From Macrostomum lignano (lineage: Eukaryota), in NCBI GenBank assembly GCA_002269645.1, contig NIVC01003149.1, forward strand, positions 1 to 64,000: a stretch of 64,000 nt of DNA. The letters are read 5' to 3'. The position numbers and the translations under genes were made by a program. Positions 25,527 through 39,300 of this stretch are shown in pieces. The notes beneath the pieces were generated by a model. The model ran no database searches. It was not told the DNA's origin and worked only from the letters and a program-made list of their open reading frames with translations. The first letter of the stretch is position 1. Every line of letters starts with the position of its first letter.

Positions 25527-27844
25527 CTACAATTGGTTGTTTAGTTTTAGTTGTTTAAGTTAGTTTGCTTTGACAGTGTGTTGCAACTAAAGTTGTTAAT
25601 GACTACATTACCATAATCCTTTACGTGGCTTTTTAAGTGACTCATTTAGCCTAGATGATGAGCCTAAATAAGATGAGATTAAAAACGCCAAAGCTAGAAA
25701 CATTAAAGCTTTTAATAATATCTAATGTGGACATAAAATACCTATTTATTTTTTTATCACTAACAATAAGCTTACGGATTTAACCACTAACCCTATGGGT
25801 CAGAAAAGCTTATTTAAGGAAAACTTGTAAGCAAAAACATTTTAAACATATTTTTAAATTGGAATTTTCTTGCTTGGAAGACATTTTAAACTTTTTATTA
25901 AAATTTATTAGACTAGCTAGACCTTTTTAGATGCCAACTAATATAGTTTAGAATTTTACCTTTGGTATAGCATAGAAAATTTGATCATAGATGATAGTAG
26001 TAGCAAAACACTTTATTAACTATATAGCATAGCATACAAAAAAATTTCATGCCTATTCTCTTGCAAACTTGCATTAGAATGGCATACATGCGCAACCTAG
26101 TTTGAGATAAAAAATGCAACTTACTTATAAAAAAGCAAAGCAAAATAAATGTACTTTTTGATAAATGGCAGGAGTAACTATGACCATATTTTTAAGGCTA
26201 AATGCCTCACCAGGTAATTAGTCCTATATGCAGATTACTTGCGTCTTTATAACAGCTAATCAGTATGCAGTCTAAGTGGCAGCCTGTGAGGCAATTAAGT
26301 AAACTGTCTTAATACAATGTAGTGAGCATACTACATAAGTCATGATTCATGAATATTTAGAAGTAAAAGTGAAATGAATACAGTGTGATACAATTCACAA
26401 TGTATTCACCTATAGCTCAAGAATAATTCCATTTACTAGATGATTGAACATGGAATATGAGAACCCTGATTCAAATGGATCATTAGTTGCAGAATATGAA
26501 TCCAGTAGAGATACAAGCTATTAAAACCTGCAGATTTTCAATTTTTTAAAGCAAAACCCTAAATTCCAATTAATAGAACTATCTTTGCATTGCTTTTTTT
26601 AATTTGAAGTCATGCTCAAACAAAAACTTGTTAACAGTTAGGAAAAAGGCTAACAAAGATGGGAGCAAATACATGTTAAATTAAGATTTGAGGCTTTTGC
26701 AACTTTTCTCCTCTCTTCAACCTTTTTATCGCCTCCTATATTTATTTTCTTTCATCCCTCATACCTCCTCTCTCCTTTCCTTTCTCTTCTTTTAACATTC
26801 TTATCTCTCTTATCATCTCTCTCCAGTCTACTCTTTCATCTTGTCTCTCTTCTCTAATCTTTCCTTTTATCTCTTATCTATTTTCTCCTCTCCTTCTTTC
26901 TCTTGTCTCCTTTTTCCTCTCTCTTCTCTTTTCTGATCTCATCTATTATCTTTCTCATGAGAGAGATGAATCTCTCTCCTCACCTAGCTTTTCTCTTTTC
27001 TTTTATCTTTTCTCCGATTGCATTGCTTACCTCTGTTTGCTTATCTCTAATTGATTCTTTTATCCCCTCTGCTTTGAAGTAAGAAAGTTTGCCTACATTT
27101 TTGCTAAAGATAAGAGGAGAAAAGAGGGCATTGAGGAAAAAGGGTAGAGAGAAAAAGGGAAAAAGAAGGGAGGAGAAAAGAGGAGAGAAAAAAGGAGAGA
27201 AGAGAGGAGGAAAAAGGGAGAGAAAGAAAAGGGAAGGTTAGGAAGAGAGAGAGAAGAGAGTTAAAGAGACCAACCTAGAGAGAGAGAAGAGCCCTTCTAG
27301 GCCAGATAGAGGGGCTTTACAAGCTAGAGTTTGCCAACCCTTGCTTCAGAGTTTGAGAAATCAATGGGAAACTGTTGGGATAGGCTGTTGATTTTAAAGA
27401 TCTTGTCTGTAATTGAAGGCTTCTATTCTAGGTTTGCTCTCCTGCTATACTTGCATCTACTATCCTGATTGCCTCTAATTGCGACTTAGTTGCTCCTTTT
27501 ATGACTTTACCTAACTAATCATTTTGCAATTTATTTAATTATTTTGCAACTTACCTAATCATTTTTGTGACTTAGTTGCTCTTTTTGCAACTTATCTAAT
27601 CATTTGTACTGCTTAATTTGCTTTAGTTGCAACTTGTTTTTCTTTTGCTTTATTATTTTATTTCCCTACACTGCACTTTTTTCTTTTTTTCTTGCCTTTC
27701 TTTCCTTTTTTGTTTTTGGCATTTTTCATTTTTGGTTAACTCAACTTTGCAACTTACCCTAGTCCACTACAATTTATAGTGGCTAGATCGGCCATGTCTG
27801 CCAGCAGTTGCGCATGTATGGCGGAAGAAATATTAACATTAGTT

Positions 27845-28260
27845 ACTTGCTATCTGATAGATACTTGCTATCTAGGAGTAGGAGATATTTGCTATTGTAT
27901 CTAGAGGTTGGTGCTTACTATTAAGGGATGCTTACTCTCAAAGGAGAAGGGTATACTTGCTATATATATATATAGGATTCTTTTTATCTAAGGATTCTTG
28001 CTATCTGCAATTATAGGATACTTGCTATTTGCAATTATAGGATATTTGCTATCTAAGGGATACTTGCTGTCTAGATAATGCTTGCTATCTAGGAGATACT
28101 TGCTATCTAAGTAAATACTTGTTATCTAGATAGATGCTTATTATCTAGATGGATGCTTGTTATCTAAAGAGATATTTGTTATTTATTTCTAAAAAAATAT
28201 CTCTTAGAAATAAAGAAATATTTCTAAGAGGATGCTAGCTATCTTAGGCCTAAGTTAGGG
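27845..28260. repeat. Decayed ~18-20-bp minisatellite (gatacttgctatctag)
   Basis: The core tacttgctatct recurs with many substitutions. Confidence 0.75.
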
Positions 28261-29499
28261 ACAATTTCTATTTAAGAAAAAGAATGTCTATTATCTTTAT
28301 GAAACTTTTTTATTTTTTTTCTATTAATTTTACAAAAAGAGATTCATAGTAAATATCTTCATCCATGATAGTTGTACTCAAATAAGATGATTTGTAAAAC
28401 AAAAGAATTAGTTTTTTAATGTGCTTTTTTAATTGTTTTCCATGGATAATTTTTGCTCCTTGGCCTTACTTATTATGTGCCCTGAAGGAAGCACTAGATT
28501 GCTAAGTTTAGAACTAAACTAGGCCTATTGAAATTGAAATGGATTTTTAAAAAGAAAAAGTAAAAAAAACATTTTAATTAATATAATTTTAATCATAACA
28601 TAAGCCGATAAGGCTAAGGGTAGGGACTTCAGTGAGATTTTAAAAGTTTTTTTGTTTTTTTTTGCATCATTTTCAACTTTCAAAATCTCACTAAAGTTCC
28701 TACTAAGCTAATATTTTAGGGCAATATTCATCCTTATAGTTACTCTATCCTATAGTATATTGACTTGGATATAAATATAAAACATTTTTATTTTTATGGC
28801 AAAAATTAAAGAAATCATATTAAAAGACATTAAGACAGTTACTTACTTTTTAGATTTTTTGTAGCACTTGGGTCTTGTTCACTTGGAAAGTTAGGTATTC
28901 TTTAAAATTCACTATTAATTATCTATTAATGTTTGTTAATAGTCAAAGACTTCTGTAGCAATTAATTTTCTCTTAACTCAAATTAACTATAACAATTATA
29001 TGCTAGGGCATATGGCTTCTACGACTACAGTTCTACCTAAGTAGGTGTAGGTTCAATTTATCGGACTCTATAACTTAATTATCAAAAAATGAATTCGAAT
29101 TTGTTTAATTACAGAGCTGGCTTTCCAAACACAAAGTCAGTTTTAGCAGGCCTTCAGAAAGAAAATGAAAACTTTATTTTAATTGCTTATATCTTTATAA
29201 CTTACTAGTTATCAAAACTATGAGCACTTAGTCATTTAGTTTATGCTTTGAATTAAGCGCTACACTGTTATTAAACCGCAATTATAAGTATCTCAGGTTG
29301 TACTGTACTAAAGCTGTTTTTAGCTGTGCATTTGCTTATTACGTTATTTACCCTTGATTACAAATTACAATGCAGAGGAAGAAAAAATATTTTTAATCTA
29401 GATGTCATTCAGATTGCGAAATCAAAAAATTCACTATATAATAGAAAGTTAAAATATGCAAGCAGAATAACAACATATTTTTTTATTATTTGTACTTAC

Positions 29500-30344
29500 T
29501 GCAAACAGAATACCGATAAAAATAATTTTTGTTAAAAAATACAAATTAAAAGTGTAAAAGGGTAATTTATTTTACTTTTTATCACCGCTTTGCGTCGCAA
29601 GTTTTTTGAAATGGCTTAATATCTAAAAATAGTTCACGACTCTTTTTCAATTTAAAACTTTAATAAATCTTCTGCGACGCTATGGACCGACCAAAAAAAT
29701 GTCATCTATCTTTGTATAATTTTCTCATGTTTTTTATTGCACCTGGTGTGTTTTTATCTAGCCATTACTTTTAGTAGACTCTTTCATTTACCATATGAAT
29801 AAGCAAGAGGACTCTATATATTTCTGTATTTGGAAATTTGGATTGGATCTGGATGGAGTGTCAGTACTCTGTAGTCAGTACCAGTCAGTAGCAATCAATT
29901 TTGACTCAGGTCTCTTTTTTCAATATGCACTCTTAGCATTATAGCATAATCTATTTATAAGCAGATAATATGCTGTATACTTGTAACACTTGCGGCTTGC
30001 AGAATAATAGTAGGTAAGTAGGAGAGTCTCATTCCACTTAGGCAAAGCTCCGCATTCCAAATTATATTAATAATCAAGTTGGCAGCAGTGGTCTGTCACA
30101 ATATATTTATATTAGAAGACATTTTCCTAGCTTAAAACAAATTATAATAATAATATAGAATATTTATTATGATACTATTGTTCCATTTTTTGAAAATCTT
30201 ATAGCTAAATTTATTTATCATTTATTATCAATGCAATTATATAGGATTACTAAACTTTTATTTTCATGAAATCAGATTAAAAATACAAACTTGAGCCAAT
30301 TCAAGGCACTTTCCAAGTTTACCCTTTGAAATCCTTCAACTGGC
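29500..30344. promoter_or_regulatory. Probable bidirectional promoter region between Nup98 (-) and NEK10 (+)
   Basis: The genes are head-to-head. The motif GCGTCGCA occurs twice in opposite orientation (29591-29599, 29673-29680) in an AT-rich, CpG-poor background. No TSS data, so this is inference. Confidence 0.4.
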
Positions 30345-33300
30345 ATGTCTAGTGAAGATGCCTCATTTGAACAGTAAGTTCAACTGCTTTTTCTATTGTT
30401 TTGGTATTTAGAACAAAAACTTTATCAGAGTAACTATAAACTGATTTTAAATTATTAAAAAAACAGAAATCCACTCCGAGAGCTGCTGTCTTTGCTTGAA
30501 AAGTCGCTGCCTCTGCCAGTCACAGCAGCACCAACAGCTCAGCAGCAGCAATTAGAGAAGCAGCAACAAAGTCTCCGGGATCAGTGCAGGTCAAGCCAAT
30601 CAGCCAAGCCAGTCCCAGACAGCCCCTGGCCCCTGGCCAGCCCTAGGGCCAGCGCCCACGATCAGCAAGAAGCCGAGCTGTGGCACCTGTTCTGTCAGTC
30701 GCATCGAAATGAACGCCGTTTTGGTGCATCAAATCACGGGGCCAACAAACTGCTGGATTTGCTGTTGGCCAGGAGAGTCAAATCGGATTTGTGGATGTCC
30801 AGCGCACAGCCAGACACTTTGCTAGGCCTCCTAGGAGCTTTGAGAATTCTACTTCGCGATCGGTTTATGCAGCGTCGTTGCCTTGACGACGTTGAAGCTT
30901 TGGAATGCTTAGCCAGGGCATTGAAATTGGCCTCTGAAAGTTACCTTATCCACGGCGACACACCGCACATGCTGGACATTGTCAGAGAATTGTGCAACGT
31001 CTTTCAAAAGCTGATCACTTGTTCTGTCGCATCTGGTTCTGGCAATTCCGGCAATAGTGCCAATTCTGGGAAAGATATTTTCCTCAAACTGCAGGTAGGT
31101 TAATGCTAATTTTATAGAGCATCAAAATTCGTTAGTGTGAATGAGTAAATGAGTCAGTAATCCGTTAATTTTGTGTCAATTATAACTGTTCTGTGTCAAG
31201 AGACTGTAACACACCGTTAATGATGTGTCAAGAGACTGTAACACACCGTTAATGATGTGTCAGAGACTGCAACACACCGTTAAATGATGTGTCAAGAGAC
31301 TGTAACACACCGTTAATGATGTGTCAAGAGACTGTAACACACCGTTAATTATGTGTCAAGAGACTGCAACACACCGTTAATTATGTGTCAGAGACTGTAA
31401 CACACCGTTAAATGATGTGTCAAGAGACTGTAACACACCGTTAATGATGTGTCAGAGACTGTAACACACCGTTAATTATGTGTCAGAGACTGTAACACAC
31501 CGTTAATTATGTGTCAAGAGACTGTAACACACCGTTAATGATGTGTCAAGAGACTGTAACACACCGTTAATGATGTGTCAGAGACTGTAACACACCGTTA
31601 ATGATGTGTCAAGAGACTGTAACACTAACACACCGTTAATTATGTGTCAAGAGACTGTAACACACCGTTAATTATGTGTCAAGAGACTGTAACACACCGT
31701 TAATGATGTGTCAAGAGACTGCAACACACCGTTAAATGATGTGTCAGAGACTGTAACACACCGTTAAATGATGTGTCAAGAGACTGTAACACACCGTTAA
31801 TGATGTGTCAGAGACTGTAACACACCGTTAATTATGTGTCAGAGACTGTAACACACCGTTAATTATGTGTCAAGAGACTGTAACACACCGTTAATGATGT
31901 GTCAGAGACTGTAATTCACTATTAAATGATGTGTCAAGAAACTATAACACACCATTAAATTGTCAGAGACTGTAATATATTTTGAATGATTTGTCAAAGA
32001 CTGTAGCACATCGTTAAATGACATGTCAGACACTGTAATACACCGTTGAATGATGTGTCAGAGACTAACACACTGGTGAATGTGTCAGTGACTGTAACGC
32101 TCTGTTTAATGCTGTCAGAGACTGTAACACACCGTTAAATTATGCATCAGAGACTGTAACAAACTTTTAAATGATGTCAGGAAGAAATAGCGATAAGTAA
32201 AATATATAAAAGAATCTGTTAATAAACAAAAACATTTTCATTCACATTTTAAAAAAATCTGTCAAGGTCCATGTCTCCCTTGTGCACCTGCTATCGGCGA
32301 ACGACTCTGCCACTCTCCAGTGCTCTCTGCACGCTCTGGCATCGTTAGCTCAACAGGAGTCGCCGCGTCAGCTGCTTCGGAGCTCCAGCAGCGGCGTCGG
32401 CGGCGTGAAGCCGGAGTCTCTCACGGAGCAGCTCCTGGCCATTGCTGAGCGCTACGATTCACAGTCGAAACGTTTAGCAGCAAATCTGCTGCGTTTGCTT
32501 TTGTCAGACGCTTCAATTCGATCGGCAGTGTCTGAGCTAGACGGCATCGCTCTGCTGGTTAACCTAGCTGGATCTGAGGATGTTAAATTGGCTTGGAATG
32601 CTCTGTGGTGCCTCATACAACTGGCTGAAGATGCCGGGGTGAGGTGCGAAGTTCGAGCCCTAGGCGGAGTGCCGCTCATTCTAGCTCTGCTAGTGCCAAA
32701 TGAAGACGATTCAGAAGATGGAGTTAGCGAGGATCAGGTAGGGTTCGGGGCCTTTAGGAGTGGGGATATTTTCATTTTTTGGGTGTAATCCTGTTCCCCA
32801 GCTTCCACCTTAGTACGTAAAGGTTAAAAATCCTGAGTCTTGACTCTAAGAATCCTAACCCATAATTTAAGAATCCCAATCCCTATTTTAAGAAATCGAA
32901 TCTTTAATCTAAGTATACCATAATTCAAAGACTCCGAATCCCAAACCTGAGAATTTCAACCCTAATTCTAAGAATCCGAATCCCCAATCTGAGAATTCTA
33001 ACCCTAATTCTAAGAATCCGAATCCCAAATCTGGGAATTCCAACCCTAATTCTTAGAATCCGAATCCCAAATCTGAGAATTCCAACCCCTAATTCTAAGA
33101 ATCCGAATCCCCAATCTGAGAATTCCAACCCTAATTCTAAGAATCCGAATCCCAAATCTGAGAATTCCAACCCCTAATTCTAAGAATCCAAATCCCCAAT
33201 CTGAGAGTCAGGAATCTCGATCTCAGTTACTTTTCTTAGCTAAAATTTCAATTATTACTTAATGAATAAAGTCCCAGTAATTCATTTTCCCCAACAGGCT

Positions 33301-36300
33301 CAATTAACTCTAAACGTCCGTTCAGCAGCGTGCTGCGCCCTCACCGAGCTACTCATAGATGATAGAAACTCATTTTTAATCGCTCAAAACAACGGCGTTT
33401 ATCTACTGGGTAGATTGCTACTCCCAGCTTCTTCTATTGCTTCATCAAACTCATCGTCTTCATCAGCGGCTAGCGAAGGCAGCCAACGTATAGCTGAGGC
33501 GGTGAACACTTTGAGAAAGAATTCTTGTCGAGCTCTGCGATTTCTATTCAGCTTGGAGCGGAATAGGAGAGCGGTGAAGAAGCTGCTGCCTACGGGCCTG
33601 TTGGCTGCCTTCATTGATATTGGCCACTACAATAGGGATTTGAGCGCCTACGCTAGCGTTGTGGCCGCTATCGATCGGGTGAGGCTATTTCTGTGCCTAT
33701 GTGTTTTTAGTAGGTTTTTTACTAGTTCGTGGGTTGGCCCTCGTGGCTGTGAATCGAACGACAACCTAGCTTTTTTTACCTACGCTTTTACCAACGCAGT
33801 TGTAGTTGTTCGCTGCTAGGGGGTTGGTTGGCAAATTTTTTTACCTGAAGGGCCCAGCTGGAACATGGAAAATCTAGCGCATGGCTGCGGGCGAGAGGAG
33901 AGGAGAGATTAGATGGAATAGAGGAGGAAGGAAGGAGAGAGCTGAGAAGAGACACAAACCTTGTGCTATTGCTATTGGGAAGTTTCAAAGCACCCAAGGG
34001 ACGGATTCAAAGCTCTAGTGATATGCCTTATCTTGTTCGCTGGATGGATGCCTTATCAGTTTACCATTCTGACTACATCTATATCAAGCATTCAATGTCT
34101 CAAAACTTTGCATGCTCCACAACCGCCCCCCCCCCCGCCTAGGACGAGGAGCTGGCTCAGGAGCTGCGCACGAATCTGGAGTCTGTCAATCAGAATCGCG
34201 AAGCCAACCAGCACATCAAAGACTACGCCGTGTTGGAGATTCTCGGCAGCGGAGCATTTGGTACAGTTTATAAAGTGCGCAAACAAGACACAATGTACGC
34301 TATAAAAGAGTTGAACACTGGCGGTCTCGGTCGCAACGCCAACGAACGACAGAAGAATGTCGGTTACATTGTCAGCGAACTGACCATGGCCAAGGAGCAT
34401 CTTAGACATCCTAATGTTGTTCGCTATTATAAAACTTTTGAAGAAAGTAAGTTGTCGTTTTCAACCTCTCTTTATCATACAAGTCTGGTAAAATTTATAT
34501 AATAAATATAAATCTAATCTTGTTGTTTGTTTAAACTCTCTTACTAATACAATAATAATGCAACACATTTTTACCTACGAGTAATCAGTACCCGTTGAAA
34601 ATGTTACCGTGACAAGAATCACTCTAAAGAGTCATTAAAAACAACTCACTAGTGACTCTAGCGACTTTGGGAGGGGCGACTCTTGTGACTTTTTAACGAC
34701 TTAAACGACTGAACTCTCATGCGACGGTGAGACGACTGTTGAGTCACGAGCGCAACATGTTGAGTTGCAGAATCGTTAAAGTGTCGCAAAAAAGTCATCC
34801 AAAGTTGTTGTGTTAGCGCTTAAATTTTTACTAGCTCAAGTAGACTAAATCGAATTGTTATAAATGCTAAATGCGATTCTAACTTATAAAGTGACAAGGA
34901 TGCAACTCGGTGATTCTACAGCGACTCTAGCACGCCTCAGATATGACTCTACCGGCCCCAGAATCGTTATAGACAGTGCCACAGAGTTACTTGCGTTGCC
35001 CCAGAGTTTTTTCAGAGTTGCGGACAAAAAAACGCCTCAAATTGAGTCTTAAGGCGACTCTTTGACGACTTTTTGGCGACTTGTGCCGTGACATCTTGTC
35101 GTCTTAGAGTCGTCTAAAGTCACTTCTTTCCTATTTGACCTGTGCTTACGACTCTAAGAGGCGCAGGTGACTCTGGGACGCTTCTTGACCTAGGTACCGT
35201 TTTCATCGGGGTACGAGTGTACCTAAGCTTAAGGACAGACGTCCTTAGGACAGAAAGGACAAAAGCCTCTATCCAGCCCTCAGGTAGCTTTGAAACTTCA
35301 CAATAGCAATAAACTCTAAACCTAATTCAATTATTTAATTTCCAGACGACAAACTTTACATCGTTATGGAACTCATTGAAGGCGCTTCCCTAATGGAATT
35401 CTTTGTATCAATGCGCGAGAAAGGTCTGAAATTTGAGGAGGATCGAGTTTGGTTTATATTTGTACAGATTGTGCTGGCGCTGCGGTACCTGCATAAGGAG
35501 AAGGATATTGTGCACAGGTGCGTTTGAGTCGGCTGACTTTTTACAATGCTTCAATATTTGGCTGGGAATTATGTTCGATATATCACTGGTGCTAAAGCCC
35601 CTGGTGCTAAAGCCCCTGGTGCCAAAGTTCCTGGTGCTAAAGCCCCTGGTGCCGAAGCCAAAGCCCTGGTTCTGGCTACGACTTCGTCTGTAAACTACAA
35701 TAATATTTAAATACTGCAGTAAAGAGATTCAAATTTATGCATTAACCATTGCAACCATTGCAGAGACTTGTCCCCGAATAACATCATGCTTGGCGAAGAC
35801 GACCACGTCACTATCACAGACTTTGGCTTGGCCAAACAGAAACGCAAAGATTGCAGCAAAATGATTTCAGTTGTTGGCACAATGGTCTATGCCTGTCCCG
35901 AGATAGTCCAGAGTCAACCCTACGGAGAGAAGGCAGACATTTGGTCAATCGGATGCGTTCTGTACCACATGGCTGCTCTGAAAGCTCCCTTCGATTCGAG
36001 CAATATGCTCAACCTGGCAACTAGGATTGTTGAGGGTAGTTACGATCCCACTCCGTTGCAAAATCATTTTTCTAAACAGGTGAGTATGAGTTTTAGTTGG
36101 GGGAATTAGGAATCTGGGAATGAAGTCTTGGCTGGGGGAATTAGGAATCTGGAATTGAAGTCTTGGCTGGGGGAATTAGGAATCTGGGAATGAAGTCTTG
36201 GCTGGGGGAATTAGGAATCTGGAATTGAAGTCTTGGCTGGGGGAATTAGGAATCTGGGAATGAAATCTTGGTTGGGGGAATTAGGAATCTGGGAATGAAG

Positions 36301-39300
36301 TCTTGGTTGGGAAAATTAGGAATCTGGGAATGAAATCTTGGTTGGGGGAATTAGGAATCTGGGAATGAAGTTTTGGTTGGGGGAATTAGGAATCTGGGAA
36401 TGAAGTCTTGGCTGGGGGAATTAGGAATCTGGGAATGAAGTCTTGGCTGGGGGAATTAGGAATCTGGGAATGAAGTCTTGGCTGGGGGAATTTGGAATCT
36501 GGGAATGAAATCTTGGTTGGGGGAATTAGGAATCTGGGAATGAAGTCTTGGCTGGGGGAATTAGGAATCTGGGAATGAAGTCTTGGCTGGGGGAATTAGG
36601 AATCTGGGAATGAAGTATTGGCTGGGGGAATTAGGAATCTGGGAATGAAGTTTTGGCTGGGGGAATTAGGAATCTGGGAATGAAGTATTGGCTGGGGGAA
36701 TTAGGAATCTGGGAATGAAGTCTTGGCTGGGGGAATTAGGAATCTGGGAATGAAGTCTTGGCTGGGGGAATTAGGAATCTGGAATTGAAGTCTTGGCTGG
36801 GGGAATTTGGAATCTGGGAATGAAATCTTGGTTGGGGGAATTAGGAATCTGGGAATGAACTCTTGGCTGGGGGAATTAGGAATCTGGGAATGAAGTCTTG
36901 GCTGGGGGAATTAGGAATCTGGGAATTAAGTCTTGGTTGGGGGAATTAGGAAGCTGGGAATGGAGTCTTGGCTGGGGGGAATTAGGAATCTGGGAATAAA
37001 GTTTTGGCTGGGGGGGAATTAAGAATCTGGTAATAAAGTCTTGGCTGGGGGGAATTAGGAATCTGGGAATAAAGTTTTGGCTGGGGGGGGAATTAAGAAT
37101 CTGGTAATAAAGTCTTGGCTGCGGGGAATTAAGAATCTGTGAATGCGTGAAGTTATGTCTTGAGACAAGAACTTCTAACTGCACACACTACGCAGTAGCA
37201 CCTTCTATCTTCAGCTCTTAGACGTGGTGGCTGCCTGTCTCACGGTGGATTCGGAACGCCGGCCGGACATTGTTGGCGTGGCGTCTCTCATGGCCGAGCG
37301 AGTGCTGCGCCACCTGGACCTGGTGCAGGCGCAGAAGGCCGCCGCGGATCGCCGGCTGCATCGGGAGAAACGACGAAATCGTCGACGACTGCTGCTGTTG
37401 GATGACAGCGGCGGCGGAGGCGGGGGCGGCGGTGGCGCTGCGGCGGGAGCGGGCACCGAGGCAGCCGACCATGGCGCCGGCGGCAGCACCGGCAGCGCGT
37501 CGAGAATGCCTGCCAGCGCCTCGCCAACTGTTGTCGCTTCTCCGACAACGGCGCCGTCGTCCGCTTCGGCCTCAGCAGCGTCGGCCGATTTGCCGCCGCG
37601 GCCGCGCGCCGGAACCTCGACATCATCGGCTGCTGCATCGGCGCTGCCACCTCCAGCGGCGTCTTCTGCTTCCGGTGGGGGCGGCGGCGGCAGTCGGCCA
37701 AGCAGCAGCGGCGCCCTGACGATCAGCCAGCGCCGGGTTCGACAGATTTCCGATCCCATCTTGCCGATGTTGGCTGCGCTGCACAAGCTGGCGCATCTGG
37801 CCCGCCTGCCGCCTGGCGTTGTCGGCGGCAGCGGCAGCGGCCTGGGTGACAGCAGGCGCCGTCTGTTGGACAAGTACTGCGGTGCACTGTTCTCCGCCGG
37901 AGTGTCGCCTGTTGAAGTTAAAGAAGAGGTGAGTTGCTCAAGAGCGTGGGTTACAGGAGAGTGGGTATTGAGAACGAAAGAAATTTAGATAGTTTTAGAG
38001 AATACTGAGAAACGTAGATAGTCATTGTGTGTGAGACAGGTAGATAATCATTGTGAAGTAGATGTGGTTTTCTCGGGGTGGCCTGGTAGGTCTTTGAATC
38101 CCACCGCTGCCACCAGTGAAGTACTTATGGTTGTCTCGCTGTCCCGCTCAGTGACTCGGGCTCTCCGTCTTCTCACTCGTAGTAGCGTAGGTAGTGCTGC
38201 CACCAGTTCCTTCAGGTCTCGCGGTGAGGTGAGCTTCCCGTCGGAACGAAATAACGAAGTCAACGAACACAACACCAAGTGCAGATTTGCAGTTCAACGT
38301 ACTAGGCGTCTCGTCAGCGGTACCTGCCGGGCTTGGTTGGTAGAGGGAGGGCTGAGTTAGCCTCTCGTAGGCTTGGGCGCTTTAGTCGGGACTTTAGTCA
38401 GACCAATAAGAACAGAACTTAACGCACACAGATGGGCTGACACTCAGAACTCGCGGTCTCGCTAGAAACTGGGAACTCAGGATCTCAGTAAACTGGAAGC
38501 TCCTTGACGGAAAAAAGAGTAGAAGGGTCCTATTTATAGCCGGGAAACACCCACGCAGAAGACCTCGTGACTCGTTCTATTTTTAGAACTGACGTCACTT
38601 GAGAGTCTTGTGCAGGGTACAAGCGTGCGGAAGACCTCGTGACTCGTTCTATTTTTAGAACTGACGTCACTTGAGGGTCCCCCGGCAGAGTGCACATGGC
38701 TGTGACTCAGTTGCTATTTTTAGCAACATGAGTCACTCCTCTCCTTAGAGAAGGGAGGGGACCGAAAGCATGTGACTCACCCGGTAAACAGGGCCAGCGA
38801 GTGCAGTAAACATGTCTACTGCACTTTAAGACTCGAAGAACTCAAAAACTGTCATGTGACTAGCTCACGAGACAGGGTAAGCGGGACGGAAGCGAAACAG
38901 AGACAGCCAACAGCAGAGAAGCTGAAGGCTGAGAACAGAGACGCAAAGGGAGCGCAAAAGGGACAGGAGCAGACAGACAAGGGAGCGGGAAGCTGACCAG
39001 CGGCAGACAGCAACCCACAGAGGGGGCGAGAGCAAAGGCGACTGCTGACAAAGGGCGACGCCTAACAATAAACTAGCGGCTCACTACAATTGTGAGACGG
39101 AGGGGTAGATAATCATGTAGATAATTATTTTAAGAACACGTAGATATAAGACAGGTAGATAATCAATTGAAGACAGGTAGATGATCAATTGAAGACAGGT
39201 AGATAATCAATTGAAGACAGGTAGATAATCAATTGAAGACAGGTAGATAATCAATTGAAGACAGGTAGATAATCAATTGAAGACAGGTAGATAATCAATT

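Noticed and set aside
26700-27290. Adjacent CT-rich and GA-rich blocks as a triplex or hairpin element
   Set aside because: Low-complexity sequence without exact complementary arms; no specific structure is supportable.
37400-37720. Gly/Ala/Ser-rich insert after the NEK10 kinase domain as a novel domain
   Set aside because: It is a low-complexity linker of the kind seen in the other genes of this window.
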